From NCBI GenBank assembly GCA_964012805.1, contig CAXGUD010000005.1, positions 32,001 to 96,000 of the forward strand: 64,000 nt of DNA, given 5' to 3'. The notes below the pieces were generated by a model. It had not been told where the DNA came from, made no database searches, and saw nothing but the letters and a program-made list of their open reading frames with translations. Below are positions 1 through 8,435 of the stretch, piece by piece. The position numbers and the translations under genes were made by a program. Positions within the stretch are counted from its first letter, which is position 1. Each line of letters starts with the position of its first letter. Source of the stretch: an uncultured Bacteriovoracaceae bacterium (GTDB lineage: Bacteria; Bdellovibrionota; Bacteriovoracia; Bacteriovoracales; Bacteriovoracaceae).

Positions 1-188
1 GAAGGAGCATATTGATTATATGGACCATTCATTGCTTCAGTTACATATTCCTTAATAAAGGAAGGACCATCAAAGTCAGGGAAACCTTGGCTTAAATTGA
101 TTGCTCCCAATTGGTTTGCTTTCAAGGTCATTTCTGAAAATATACTTTCTTTAAGAAGATCAACATTACTTGATACTTTCTTCATCAT
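1..188 (-). CDS. PLP-dependent class I/II aminotransferase (YbdL/methionine aminotransferase-like), 5' part; runs off the window
   Basis: Hand translation of the reverse strand: MMKKVSSNVDLLKESIFSEMTLKANQLGAINLSQGFPDFDGP...NQYAP; INLSQGFPDF and NQYAP are hallmark motifs. Confidence 0.85.
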   Translation of the reverse strand, partial: MMKKVSSNVDLLKESIFSEMTLKANQLGAINLSQGFPDFDGPSFIKEYVTEAMNGPYNQYAP

Positions 189-358
189 AAAACCTTTGGT
201 TAAAAGAGATTAATTTTTATATCATAAAGAACAAGTTTCGTAAGACTTCAAATAAAGAAGTTCTCTTTTAAAGGACTTAAAAAAGATAGCTATTTACCTA
301 TTGTTGCACTAAAAATAATTTAATTAAAAGACTCCTCTGTAAAAGGACTTATCCAAGA

Positions 359-2533
359 ATGAAAAAGCTCATTTTGACAGAAAAACCAAGCGTCGCAAGA
401 GATTTTGCTAGAAGTCTAAGCATTCCAATCAATAGGAACATTAAAGGTCATTTTGAAGGTCCTAACTATATCATAACCTGGGCCTTAGGCCATCTCTTTT
501 CTCCCTTTAAGCCTGAGGAATACGACCCAACACTAAAAAAATGGTCCATAGACAACCTTCCCATTTTACCTGAACCTTTTCAATATTCACCCATTGCAAA
601 AACGAAAGATCAACTTAAAACTATTTTCAAAATTCTAAAAAGAAGTGACTTAGAAGAAATTATCATTGCCACTGATGCCGGAAGGGAGGGAGAGCTTATT
701 GCAAGAATTATTCTTGAAAACGCTCCTATCCAAAACAAGAACAACCTATCTTTTAGCCGTTTTTGGTCAAGTCAAGCCTTGTCTGATGATGTCATTCAAA
801 AAGGGCTTCAAGAAAGAAAAAGTTTAAAAAGCTTTGACAGGCTTTACCATGCAGGAAAAGCTAGGCAAATTGCTGATTGGCTTGTGGGAATGAACTTAAG
901 CCGTGCCGCTACTTTAAAGTGGGGGGACCTGTTTTCAATTGGTAGAGTCCAAACAGCAGTTCTTTGGCTCCTAGTCAAAAGAAACCAAGAAAGAAAAAAC
1001 TTTAAAGAGGAGAAGTACTGGAAAATTCAAGGCCACTTTGAAGCTGAAAATATTTCTTTTACAGCTTATTGGTTCAACCCTACAGTCAAAGATATTTTAA
1101 AAAGACAGCATATTCTAAAAGAGACTGAGCTTAAAGCCATTTTAAAGGATTTAAAAAAACATAAAGAAGGAAAAGAGATAGCGGTAATCAAAACTGATAA
1201 AGAAACTGAAAAACGAGAACCTCCTCCACCTCTATATTCATTAACGGACCTTCAACAAAAAGCAAATAGAGTTTATGGTTTTACGGCGAAGCAAACCTTA
1301 TCTCTGGCCCAAGAGCTCTACGAAAAAGATAAATGCCTATCTTACCCCAGGACCGATTCACAAGTTTTAGGTGAAAAAAACTTTCCCTTAGTAAAGAACC
1401 TCCTTAACAATTTAAAAAACTCATACTCCGCCTACTTTGATAAACAGGATGCTTCTAAAATTTCTCTTAAAAATAAAAGAGTCTTTAATGATTCTTTACT
1501 AACAGACCACCATGCTCTCATCCCCCTAAAAGTTTTCAGAGGTCCCTCGCAGTCTGATAAAGGAAAAATTTACGATCTTGTTTTGAGAAGGTTTATCATG
1601 AGTTTTTCAATGGATTTTCTTTTCAAAGAAAAAAGAGTGGAATTAACTTTTGGTAACCACCCATTCATGACACAAGGTAAGTCTATAAAAGAAATTGGAT
1701 GGAAATTATTAGATGGTGGAGAGAGAGAAAAGTGGCTCCCTCCTATTAAAGAAAAAGATAATGTAGATTATAAAAAATGCGACCCTCAAGAGAAAAAAAC
1801 CCTCCCTCCACCAGAATATAACGAAGCTTCACTTTTAAGAGACATGGTAAACCCAGCAAGACTTGTCAATGAAAGAGATCACAAAAATATATTCCGAGGA
1901 CAAGTAGGACTTGGAACTCAATCCACGAGGGCCCAAATGATTGAAACCCTCCTCGGAAGGAGCTATATAAGAAGAGAAGGAAAGACTTTGAAGGCATTAG
2001 AAAAAGGTGTCTTTTTAATTCAGGGACTTCAAGAGATGTCCGTCTCCTCAATTCTAACATCACCATCTGAAACTGCGCGATGGGAAATTCTTCTGGAAAA
2101 AATGGCAAAAGGAGATGAAGACTCAAGCAAACTCATGAATCTAGTACAAGATTTCACAGAAAGGGCCATCAAAGAATTCAAGTCATCTATGAAGCAAAAA
2201 ACTTCTCCAAATAGACAATGGACCTCAACACAATTTAAAAAAAATGGATCAAAGAAATTTAATAAGACAATTTTGGGAAAATGTCCTCTTTGCAAAAGTA
2301 AGATTGTTGAATACCCCAAATCCTTTAGTTGCGAGCAGTGGAGTAAAGGATGCCCCGCAGTTATTTGGAAGGAAATCGCAGGCTTGACCTTAAACAGAAG
2401 TCATGTGAAAGTTCTTTTAACAAATGGAAAAACTGAACGCCTCAAGGGCTTTAAATCTAAAAAAGGTAAACCTTTTGAAGCTTCTCTCATTTTTTCAAAA
2501 GAAGGAAAAGTTCAATTTTCATTTGAATCATAG
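359..2533 (+). CDS. topB: DNA topoisomerase III (type IA)
   Basis: EKPSVA, ATDAGREGE, GRVQT, SYPRTDS (catalytic Tyr), C-terminal Cys zinc ribbon and GFKSKKGKPF repeat. Confidence 0.93.
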   Translation: MKKLILTEKPSVARDFARSLSIPINRNIKGHFEGPNYIITWALGHLFSPFKPEEYDPTLKKWSIDNLPILPEPFQYSPIAKTKDQLKTIFKILKRSDLEEIIIATDAGREGELIARIILENAPIQNKNNLSFSRFWSSQALSDDVIQKGLQERKSLKSFDRLYHAGKARQIADWLVGMNLSRAATLKWGDLFSIGRVQTAVLWLLVKRNQERKNFKEEKYWKIQGHFEAENISFTAYWFNPTVKDILKRQHILKETELKAILKDLKKHKEGKEIAVIKTDKETEKREPPPPLYSLTDLQQKANRVYGFTAKQTLSLAQELYEKDKCLSYPRTDSQVLGEKNFPLVKNLLNNLKNSYSAYFDKQDASKISLKNKRVFNDSLLTDHHALIPLKVFRGPSQSDKGKIYDLVLRRFIMSFSMDFLFKEKRVELTFGNHPFMTQGKSIKEIGWKLLDGGEREKWLPPIKEKDNVDYKKCDPQEKKTLPPPEYNEASLLRDMVNPARLVNERDHKNIFRGQVGLGTQSTRAQMIETLLGRSYIRREGKTLKALEKGVFLIQGLQEMSVSSILTSPSETARWEILLEKMAKGDEDSSKLMNLVQDFTERAIKEFKSSMKQKTSPNRQWTSTQFKKNGSKKFNKTILGKCPLCKSKIVEYPKSFSCEQWSKGCPAVIWKEIAGLTLNRSHVKVLLTNGKTERLKGFKSKKGKPFEASLIFSKEGKVQFSFES

Positions 2534-2552
2534 GCGGAAATAAGAGGCATTT

Positions 2553-3203
2553 ATGGGTAAAGTTTTCAAAATTTACTTTAGTCATTGGACAATATGGGTC
2601 TATATTTTTTTATCCTTAAAGCTCACCATCCTTTTGTGCCTTACAAAATCTATCTCCACCTTGGGAGCGTTCTTTATTACAGTAATTCTTCTCGCCCCCT
2701 TCACAGAATGGATTCTGCACAAATATATTCTCCATGGAAACTTCGATCCTAATAATGAGGTCGTTGCAGATTATATGGAAAGGCTTCATGTGGGTCATCA
2801 CCGTGAACCACAGAAAGTTGAATATTACTTTGCTCCCCTTTCTGCTGGGCTAACTCTTCCAGTTAGTTTTTTCTTCATCATATTAATTCTAACTCAAAAC
2901 TTAAGTTGGGCCACTTCCTTTTCATTATCTATAACGATATACTTTCTTTTCTATGAGTGGATTCATTTGGCCCATCACATTGATGAATATAAGCCAAAAA
3001 CCCAGTGGGGTAAAAGATTGAAGAAGGCCCATAAATGGCATCATTTCAAAAATGAAAACTTCTGGTGGGGCATCACTTCCACTCTTGGAGATGTTATCCT
3101 CCAAACATTTCCAAAACCTCAAGAGGTTTCTAAAAGCAAAACAGTCCTTGACCTAGAAAAAAGATTTGAAAAAGAAACACCAATAGCTTTAAAGGATTAT
3201 TAA
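2553..3203 (+). CDS. Fatty acid hydroxylase / sterol desaturase family membrane di-iron enzyme
   Basis: His boxes HKYILH, HVGHH, HLAHH, HKWHH; hydrophobic segments. Confidence 0.85.
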   Translation: MGKVFKIYFSHWTIWVYIFLSLKLTILLCLTKSISTLGAFFITVILLAPFTEWILHKYILHGNFDPNNEVVADYMERLHVGHHREPQKVEYYFAPLSAGLTLPVSFFFIILILTQNLSWATSFSLSITIYFLFYEWIHLAHHIDEYKPKTQWGKRLKKAHKWHHFKNENFWWGITSTLGDVILQTFPKPQEVSKSKTVLDLEKRFEKETPIALKDY

Positions 3204-3205
3204 AA

Positions 3206-3976
3206 ATGAAAACACTTTTCTTAGTGATCCCACTTCTTTATATATTTATTTCAAAAGCATTTTCCTACGAATCATTTTGTATTTCTCATAGAGGAAACGG
3301 TGGTGGTCATCTAGAAAACTCTCTCTCCGCCCTAAAATCGGCCATAGACTTGGGCTCCCATGGAGTAGAGTTTGATATAGTTCATACAATTGACCGCGAG
3401 CCCATCCTTATGCATGATTCGACATTGTGGAGAACCGCTAGAAGTAAAAAAGGAAAGAAATGTCCGCGACAAACTAAAGTTAAAAATATTTTCCTCAAAA
3501 AAATAAAAAGTAATTGTAAACTCAAAAATGGAGACGAAGTTCCCCATTTAGAAGACGCTCTCATCAAATTTTCAAACGAGCCAAAGTTTTTCTTAATTGA
3601 ATTAAAAGACTTCCCAAGCACTAAAACAATACGGCTCCTCAAAGAATATTTTAATTCACACCCCCATTTTTTAAGAGTTATTTCTTTTAAAAAAAGCATC
3701 CAAAATTACTTTTCTGTTTTAAAAAAACAAGACCCCTTTTGGGCAGAAGTTAAATTTCTAAAACTCTCTATATCCAAAGCATCTTCGGATGAAGTCGATG
3801 GCCTTAATATAAGGTTTCCAAGGATTGGGTTAAATAAATGGGTGCAAAAAAATAAAAATAAGGAATTAGGAGTCTGGAATGTTTTTTCAGCTAAACAAAT
3901 ACAACGTGCCCATCAGCTTAAAATCAAGTTTATCACAACAGACGACCCTCTTCTTTGCCTAGAAACACTGCCCTAG
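3206..3976 (+). CDS. Secreted glycerophosphodiester phosphodiesterase family protein
   Basis: Signal-peptide-like N-terminus; SHRG, ENS, VEFDI, HD, IELK and ITTDDP motifs. Confidence 0.88.
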   Translation: MKTLFLVIPLLYIFISKAFSYESFCISHRGNGGGHLENSLSALKSAIDLGSHGVEFDIVHTIDREPILMHDSTLWRTARSKKGKKCPRQTKVKNIFLKKIKSNCKLKNGDEVPHLEDALIKFSNEPKFFLIELKDFPSTKTIRLLKEYFNSHPHFLRVISFKKSIQNYFSVLKKQDPFWAEVKFLKLSISKASSDEVDGLNIRFPRIGLNKWVQKNKNKELGVWNVFSAKQIQRAHQLKIKFITTDDPLLCLETLP

Positions 3977-4099
3977 GTTTTCCTAAAAAAATAGACTTTC
4001 CTTGGTTAAAAGCTTAAAATTTTTGCTTAATTTTTAAGTTTTATCAAACACTTAATTAGAATCTAATAAACCTCTTGAATAGGTACAAAGGAGTAAGAC

Positions 4100-4597
4100 A
4101 TGGCAAAAATTTCACTTAAAGGAACTGATGTCACGACGAGCGGAGATATTCCACAAAAGGGACAAAAAGCCCCTAACTTCAAACTCGTTGCAACCGATCT
4201 TCAAGAAGTAAATTTAGAGAATTATACTGGAAAGAAAAAAGTATTGAATATATTCCCAAGCGTTGACACACCCACATGCGCACAATCCGTTAGATCCTTT
4301 ACAGAGAAAGCGGCGGCTCATGAAAATACAATTATTCTTCATATTTCTGCAGACCTTCCCTTTGCAGGAAAAAGGTTTTGTGCCAGTGAGGGAATTGAAA
4401 ATGCCCACACTCTTTCAACTTTTAGGGGAAACTTCTCAAAAGATTATGGGTTAGAAATTATGGATGGGAAACTTGCAGGACTTTGTTCTCGAGTTGTTAT
4501 TGTCCTGGACGAAGATAATACCGTCATTTACTCTGAGCAAGTTCCCGCTATTGAAAATGAGCCAGATTACGAGACAGCGCTTAAGGCCCTTTCTTAA
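4100..4597 (+). CDS. tpx: Thiol peroxidase (atypical 2-Cys peroxiredoxin)
   Basis: FPSVDTPTC, SADLPFA..RFC, EPDY motifs; AAGGAG RBS. Confidence 0.95.
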   Translation: MAKISLKGTDVTTSGDIPQKGQKAPNFKLVATDLQEVNLENYTGKKKVLNIFPSVDTPTCAQSVRSFTEKAAAHENTIILHISADLPFAGKRFCASEGIENAHTLSTFRGNFSKDYGLEIMDGKLAGLCSRVVIVLDEDNTVIYSEQVPAIENEPDYETALKALS

Positions 4598-4625
4598 CTG
4601 AATACGACCTTATACCCAATATCAA

Positions 4626-4665
4626 AATAAAAAGGCCTCTAAATTAGTTCTGGGGCTTTTTTATT
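4626..4665. terminator. Probable bidirectional intrinsic terminator between tpx and the CDF gene
   Basis: aataaaaaggcctc...ggggcttttttatt imperfect stem with A and T tails between convergent genes. Confidence 0.6.
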
Positions 4666-4676
4666 AATTTTATTCA

Positions 4677-5585
4677 TCAAGAGTGATCATTAATGAGTTT
4701 TTTGCTATCTTTGATTCCAAACTCTGGTTGAAGTGTTGTATGTGAGATACCAAACTTTAGCTTAAGCATTTCTCTAATCGAATTCAGTAAACTATCAATT
4801 TCACTTAGTTTTAGATTCTCTTTTATATCTATGTGGGCTTCCATATACACTTCTTTATCATTGAGTTCCCAAATATGAACATGGTGAATATTTTGAACGT
4901 TTTTAAATTTTTGTATTTCAATTTGAATTTTATCAATATCAATATCTACTGGTGAGAATTGCATTAAAACTCTAATTGTCTTCAAAAGTAATCGAATGCC
5001 TGTGTACATTAAATACAAGCCAATTAAAATCGTAAGAAGTGGATCAAGCCAATATATTTTAAAATAGTACATGGCCAATCCACCTACAAAGATAGAGAAG
5101 GAACTCAACATATCAGTGAAAAGGTGTAAATAAGCAGACTTCATGTTCATGTTATCTTTTGAGTCTTCTTTAAGAAGGAGAACACTCAACCCATTGAAAA
5201 AAACACTCAACAAAGATAAGCCTATAACCCAGCCAGGTTTAATTACTTCAAGATTCATAAATCTAATTACGGACTCTTTGATCAAAAAAATTGAAATAAA
5301 AATAAGGGTTGCAGTATTAATAAAGGCAGCAAGGATTTCAGCGCGCTTAAAGCCGAACGTTTTAGTTTTGGAAAATTTCTTTTTTGAAATTTCATTTCCG
5401 ATATAAGAAATAAAAAGGGCCATTACATCGCTAAAATTATGAAGAGCATCGGATAGAAGAGACAATGAACCTGAAACAATTCCACCATAAATTTGCCCAG
5501 CTGTTATTCCGATATTAAGAATAATGGAAAAAACCAACCTTTTCCCTTTCAAGTCAGGATGATTATGATTATCATGATGACCCAT
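4677..5585 (-). CDS. Cation diffusion facilitator (CzcD/ZitB-like Zn/Co/Cd exporter)
   Basis: His-rich N-terminus, SLSLLSDALHNFSD, FGFKRAEIL, AYLHLFTD, HHVHIW, HTTLQPE. Confidence 0.92.
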   Translation of the reverse strand: MGHHDNHNHPDLKGKRLVFSIILNIGITAGQIYGGIVSGSLSLLSDALHNFSDVMALFISYIGNEISKKKFSKTKTFGFKRAEILAAFINTATLIFISIFLIKESVIRFMNLEVIKPGWVIGLSLLSVFFNGLSVLLLKEDSKDNMNMKSAYLHLFTDMLSSFSIFVGGLAMYYFKIYWLDPLLTILIGLYLMYTGIRLLLKTIRVLMQFSPVDIDIDKIQIEIQKFKNVQNIHHVHIWELNDKEVYMEAHIDIKENLKLSEIDSLLNSIREMLKLKFGISHTTLQPEFGIKDSKKLINDHS

Positions 5586-5680
5586 AGATTAATCTTCTCC
5601 ATTTGAGTGAACATTTAACTTATACTAAATTGACCTTTCATATTTGAATAGGCTTCACTTAAACAATCATATAAAAATTA

Positions 5681-6151
5681 TTACTGTTTCAAAAGGCCAT
5701 TTATAACATCGGAGTATTCTTTACTTACTGGTATAATTGAAAGACGGTTTCCTTTTTTCAAAAGTTGAAAATCATGAAGTTCTTTAACGGATTTTAATAA
5801 ATCTAAAGAAATGAGTTTTTTAAATTTTCTAACAAAAACAATTTCAACCATAAACCATCTAGGGTTTTCTTTGGTAGACTTAGGGTCATAGTAGGGGGAC
5901 TTTTTATCCCATGAGGTAGGATCGGGGCATTTTGCACGAGTCACTTTGGCCAAACCTGCTATACCTGGGACTTTACAACTCGAATGATAAATAAAGACAA
6001 AATCACCCTTCTTCACATCATCTCGCAAAAAATTACGGGCCTGAAAATTTCTCACACCATCCCAAACATCTTTGCCTTGCCTCGATTCTCTAAGATCGTC
6101 TATCGAGTAGGCTGATGGTTCGGTCTTAAAAAGCCAATAATTCGAGGCCAT
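5681..6151 (-). CDS. EVE domain protein (PUA-like, thymocyte nuclear protein 1-like)
   Basis: YWLFKTEP, WDGVRNFQARN, YHS, YYDPKS, RLSI.PV. Confidence 0.93.
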   Translation of the reverse strand: MASNYWLFKTEPSAYSIDDLRESRQGKDVWDGVRNFQARNFLRDDVKKGDFVFIYHSSCKVPGIAGLAKVTRAKCPDPTSWDKKSPYYDPKSTKENPRWFMVEIVFVRKFKKLISLDLLKSVKELHDFQLLKKGNRLSIIPVSKEYSDVINGLLKQ

Positions 6152-6169
6152 AACTTATCGCTTATTAGG

Positions 6170-6964
6170 TTATTTATAGAAGCCAAAAGCACCATACCCT
6201 ACTACTTGGTTCTTGTCTCCAGCTGTATCTCCAGAATTTCTTAAATCAAGAGTTTTTGCTGTAAGTTCAGAACGCTTTGCAAAATCTAAAAGCCCTCTTA
6301 AAGAATAGTAACCACATGCAAAATCGGGGTGTAACTTTTCATGACTGAACTCTTCTATAATTTCACTTGTTTTTTTATCAACTCTACAAGCAATTTCGTA
6401 AGAATGAAAATGACTTAAATCACTGCTGACGATTGGATAAACGTTAGGCTTAGAAATAAAATCATCAAACAATGAAGAAACAAAACCAAAATCAATATTC
6501 CCTACAACAAGTGGAATAATTTTTACTTTAGGCCCAAAAACCTGCCATATGAAAGGAAGCTGGACTTCAAGTCCATGCTCCATATCAAAAGCTTGATCTA
6601 GGATTTGAATTTCTTTATAAGTCTTAAGAAAATATTTCCTTAAAGAATCATCTATTTTAAGAGGACCAAAAGGAGTTAAAAACCCATCGCCGGAATGAAT
6701 TGCAATTCCCTTCACATGGTACCTATGAGCTGGGCTTAGAACAATAACAGTTTCTATCCGATTTTTCAGATCAAGAAGAGCTTTATAAGCCGTTCCTGCA
6801 ATTGGCCCAGAATATATATAACCAGCATGTGGGGCCACAATAATTTGAGGTGGAACCTCAAGAGGTCCTTCTGCTTTTAAGAAATTAAATATTTGAACCT
6901 CAAGCTCTTTTGGGTTTTCTGAATAAAATAGGCCCGCTACATCAGTTTTTTTAAAAGCCCCCAA
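6170..6964 (-). CDS. amrB: AmmeMemoRadiSam system protein B (MEMO1-like)
   Basis: VAGLFY, PHAGYIYSG, EHGLEVQLPF, SSDLSHF, NSGD..G...VVGY; TTG start after GAGGAG. Confidence 0.9.
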   Translation of the reverse strand: MGAFKKTDVAGLFYSENPKELEVQIFNFLKAEGPLEVPPQIIVAPHAGYIYSGPIAGTAYKALLDLKNRIETVIVLSPAHRYHVKGIAIHSGDGFLTPFGPLKIDDSLRKYFLKTYKEIQILDQAFDMEHGLEVQLPFIWQVFGPKVKIIPLVVGNIDFGFVSSLFDDFISKPNVYPIVSSDLSHFHSYEIACRVDKKTSEIIEEFSHEKLHPDFACGYYSLRGLLDFAKRSELTAKTLDLRNSGDTAGDKNQVVGYGAFGFYK

Positions 6965-7151
6965 TTTAACTCCTCAAAAATAAATAAATTTAAACTCTTT
7001 CCATTATATCAAAAAAATATTAAGTGGGCCCAAAGGGATTAATTACTTAGGGTGGTTTGAACAAAAAAAGGGCCCTAACTTATTGTAATTCATGACAAAA
7101 AACACAACCAAATCAAAACAAGTTAAAATTAATTTTAGATGTAGTGCTACA

Positions 7152-8261
7152 ATGAAATACAAACATATAGAAATACAGGATCTAAATTTGAGTGTTGTTT
7201 CCACAAAGTACTGGCATAAATTACCAACAGGTAAAATCCAATGTGATCTATGTCCGAGAAACTGCAAGCTTGGAGAAGGACAAAAAGGCTTATGCTACGT
7301 AAGAGAAAGGTCTAATGATGAAGTTGTTTTGACGACTTATGGCCGTTCAAGTGGTTTTTGTATAGACCCCATTGAAAAAAAACCACTCAACCACTTTCTG
7401 CCTGGCACAGCAATCTTAAGCTTCGGAACCGCTGGCTGTAACCTTGCTTGTAAATTTTGCCAAAATTGGGATATTTCAAAATCAAGAGAGATGGACACAC
7501 TTTCAAGTGAAGCCTCCCCAGAAGATATAGCTTCAACCGCCAGTAAACTAGGCGCAAAAAGTATCGCATTCACATACAACGACCCTGTTATTTTTTTAGA
7601 GTATGCAAAGGACTGCGCAATAGCAGCAAAAGAAAAAAACTTAAAGAGTGTTGCAGTAACTGCTGGCTACATAAACCCTAAAGCAAGGGAAGATTTTTTC
7701 TCTTTTATAGATGCTGCAAATGTAGATCTAAAAGCATTCACCCAAAGTTTTTACAAAAAAATATGTGGTGGTGATCTATCCCCAATTTTAGAAACTTTAA
7801 TATACCTAAAAAAAGAAACTAATGTCTGGTTTGAAATAACAACATTATTAATTCCAGGGGAAAACGACTCAGAAAAAGAAATAGAGGAAGAAACACAATG
7901 GATTATTGATAACTTAGGCCCTAATGTACCTATCCACTTTACTTCTTTCCACCCAGATTACAAAATGAGGGACAAGAAAAACACAAGTCTTCAAGCATTA
8001 AAAAATGCCAGAAAAATAGCGAAAAAAAATGGCATAAATCATGTATATACTGGAAATATTCACGATGAAGAGGGTTCCAGTACTTATTGCCCTAATTGCA
8101 AAAACAAAGTCATTGGAAGAGATTGGTTTAAATTAAGTAATTGGGAATTAAAAGTGTCAGGAAATTGCAAATATTGTGAAACAAAAATTGAAGGCTTATT
8201 CGAAGATAGGCCGGGGGAATGGGGACCAAAAAGGCTTCCTGTTTATGATATTAAATCCTAA
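7152..8261 (+). CDS. amrS: AmmeMemoRadiSam system radical SAM enzyme
   Basis: CDLCPRNC, DPIEKKPLNHF, GCNLACKFCQNW (CxxxCxxC), C-terminal CxxC pairs; start 7152 preferred over 7092. Confidence 0.92.
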   Translation: MKYKHIEIQDLNLSVVSTKYWHKLPTGKIQCDLCPRNCKLGEGQKGLCYVRERSNDEVVLTTYGRSSGFCIDPIEKKPLNHFLPGTAILSFGTAGCNLACKFCQNWDISKSREMDTLSSEASPEDIASTASKLGAKSIAFTYNDPVIFLEYAKDCAIAAKEKNLKSVAVTAGYINPKAREDFFSFIDAANVDLKAFTQSFYKKICGGDLSPILETLIYLKKETNVWFEITTLLIPGENDSEKEIEEETQWIIDNLGPNVPIHFTSFHPDYKMRDKKNTSLQALKNARKIAKKNGINHVYTGNIHDEEGSSTYCPNCKNKVIGRDWFKLSNWELKVSGNCKYCETKIEGLFEDRPGEWGPKRLPVYDIKS

Positions 8262-8358
8262 ATAATAATTATTTCAAACTTCTAATTTTCCCTTTTATAT
8301 CTAAATCAATTATATTTGTTCATCTTTATCGAATAACAAAAATTAAAAACAAATTAAT

Positions 8359-8386
8359 TAACCAAAACCTTTGAAAAAGCCGATAA
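8359..8386 (+). promoter_or_regulatory. Putative sigma28 (FliA) promoter upstream of the hybrid kinase
   Basis: TAAC-N16-GCCGATAA; -10 element is a perfect consensus match, about 50 nt before the start. Confidence 0.5.
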
Positions 8387-8435
8387 ATGTTAGTGTTTTT
8401 AAATATATTTTGATGCTAAATGTAGCAGGTATTCT

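Noticed and set aside
7025..7076. Two GGGCCC palindromes in the amrB/amrS divergent region
   Set aside because: Only 6-8 bp, with no further symmetry
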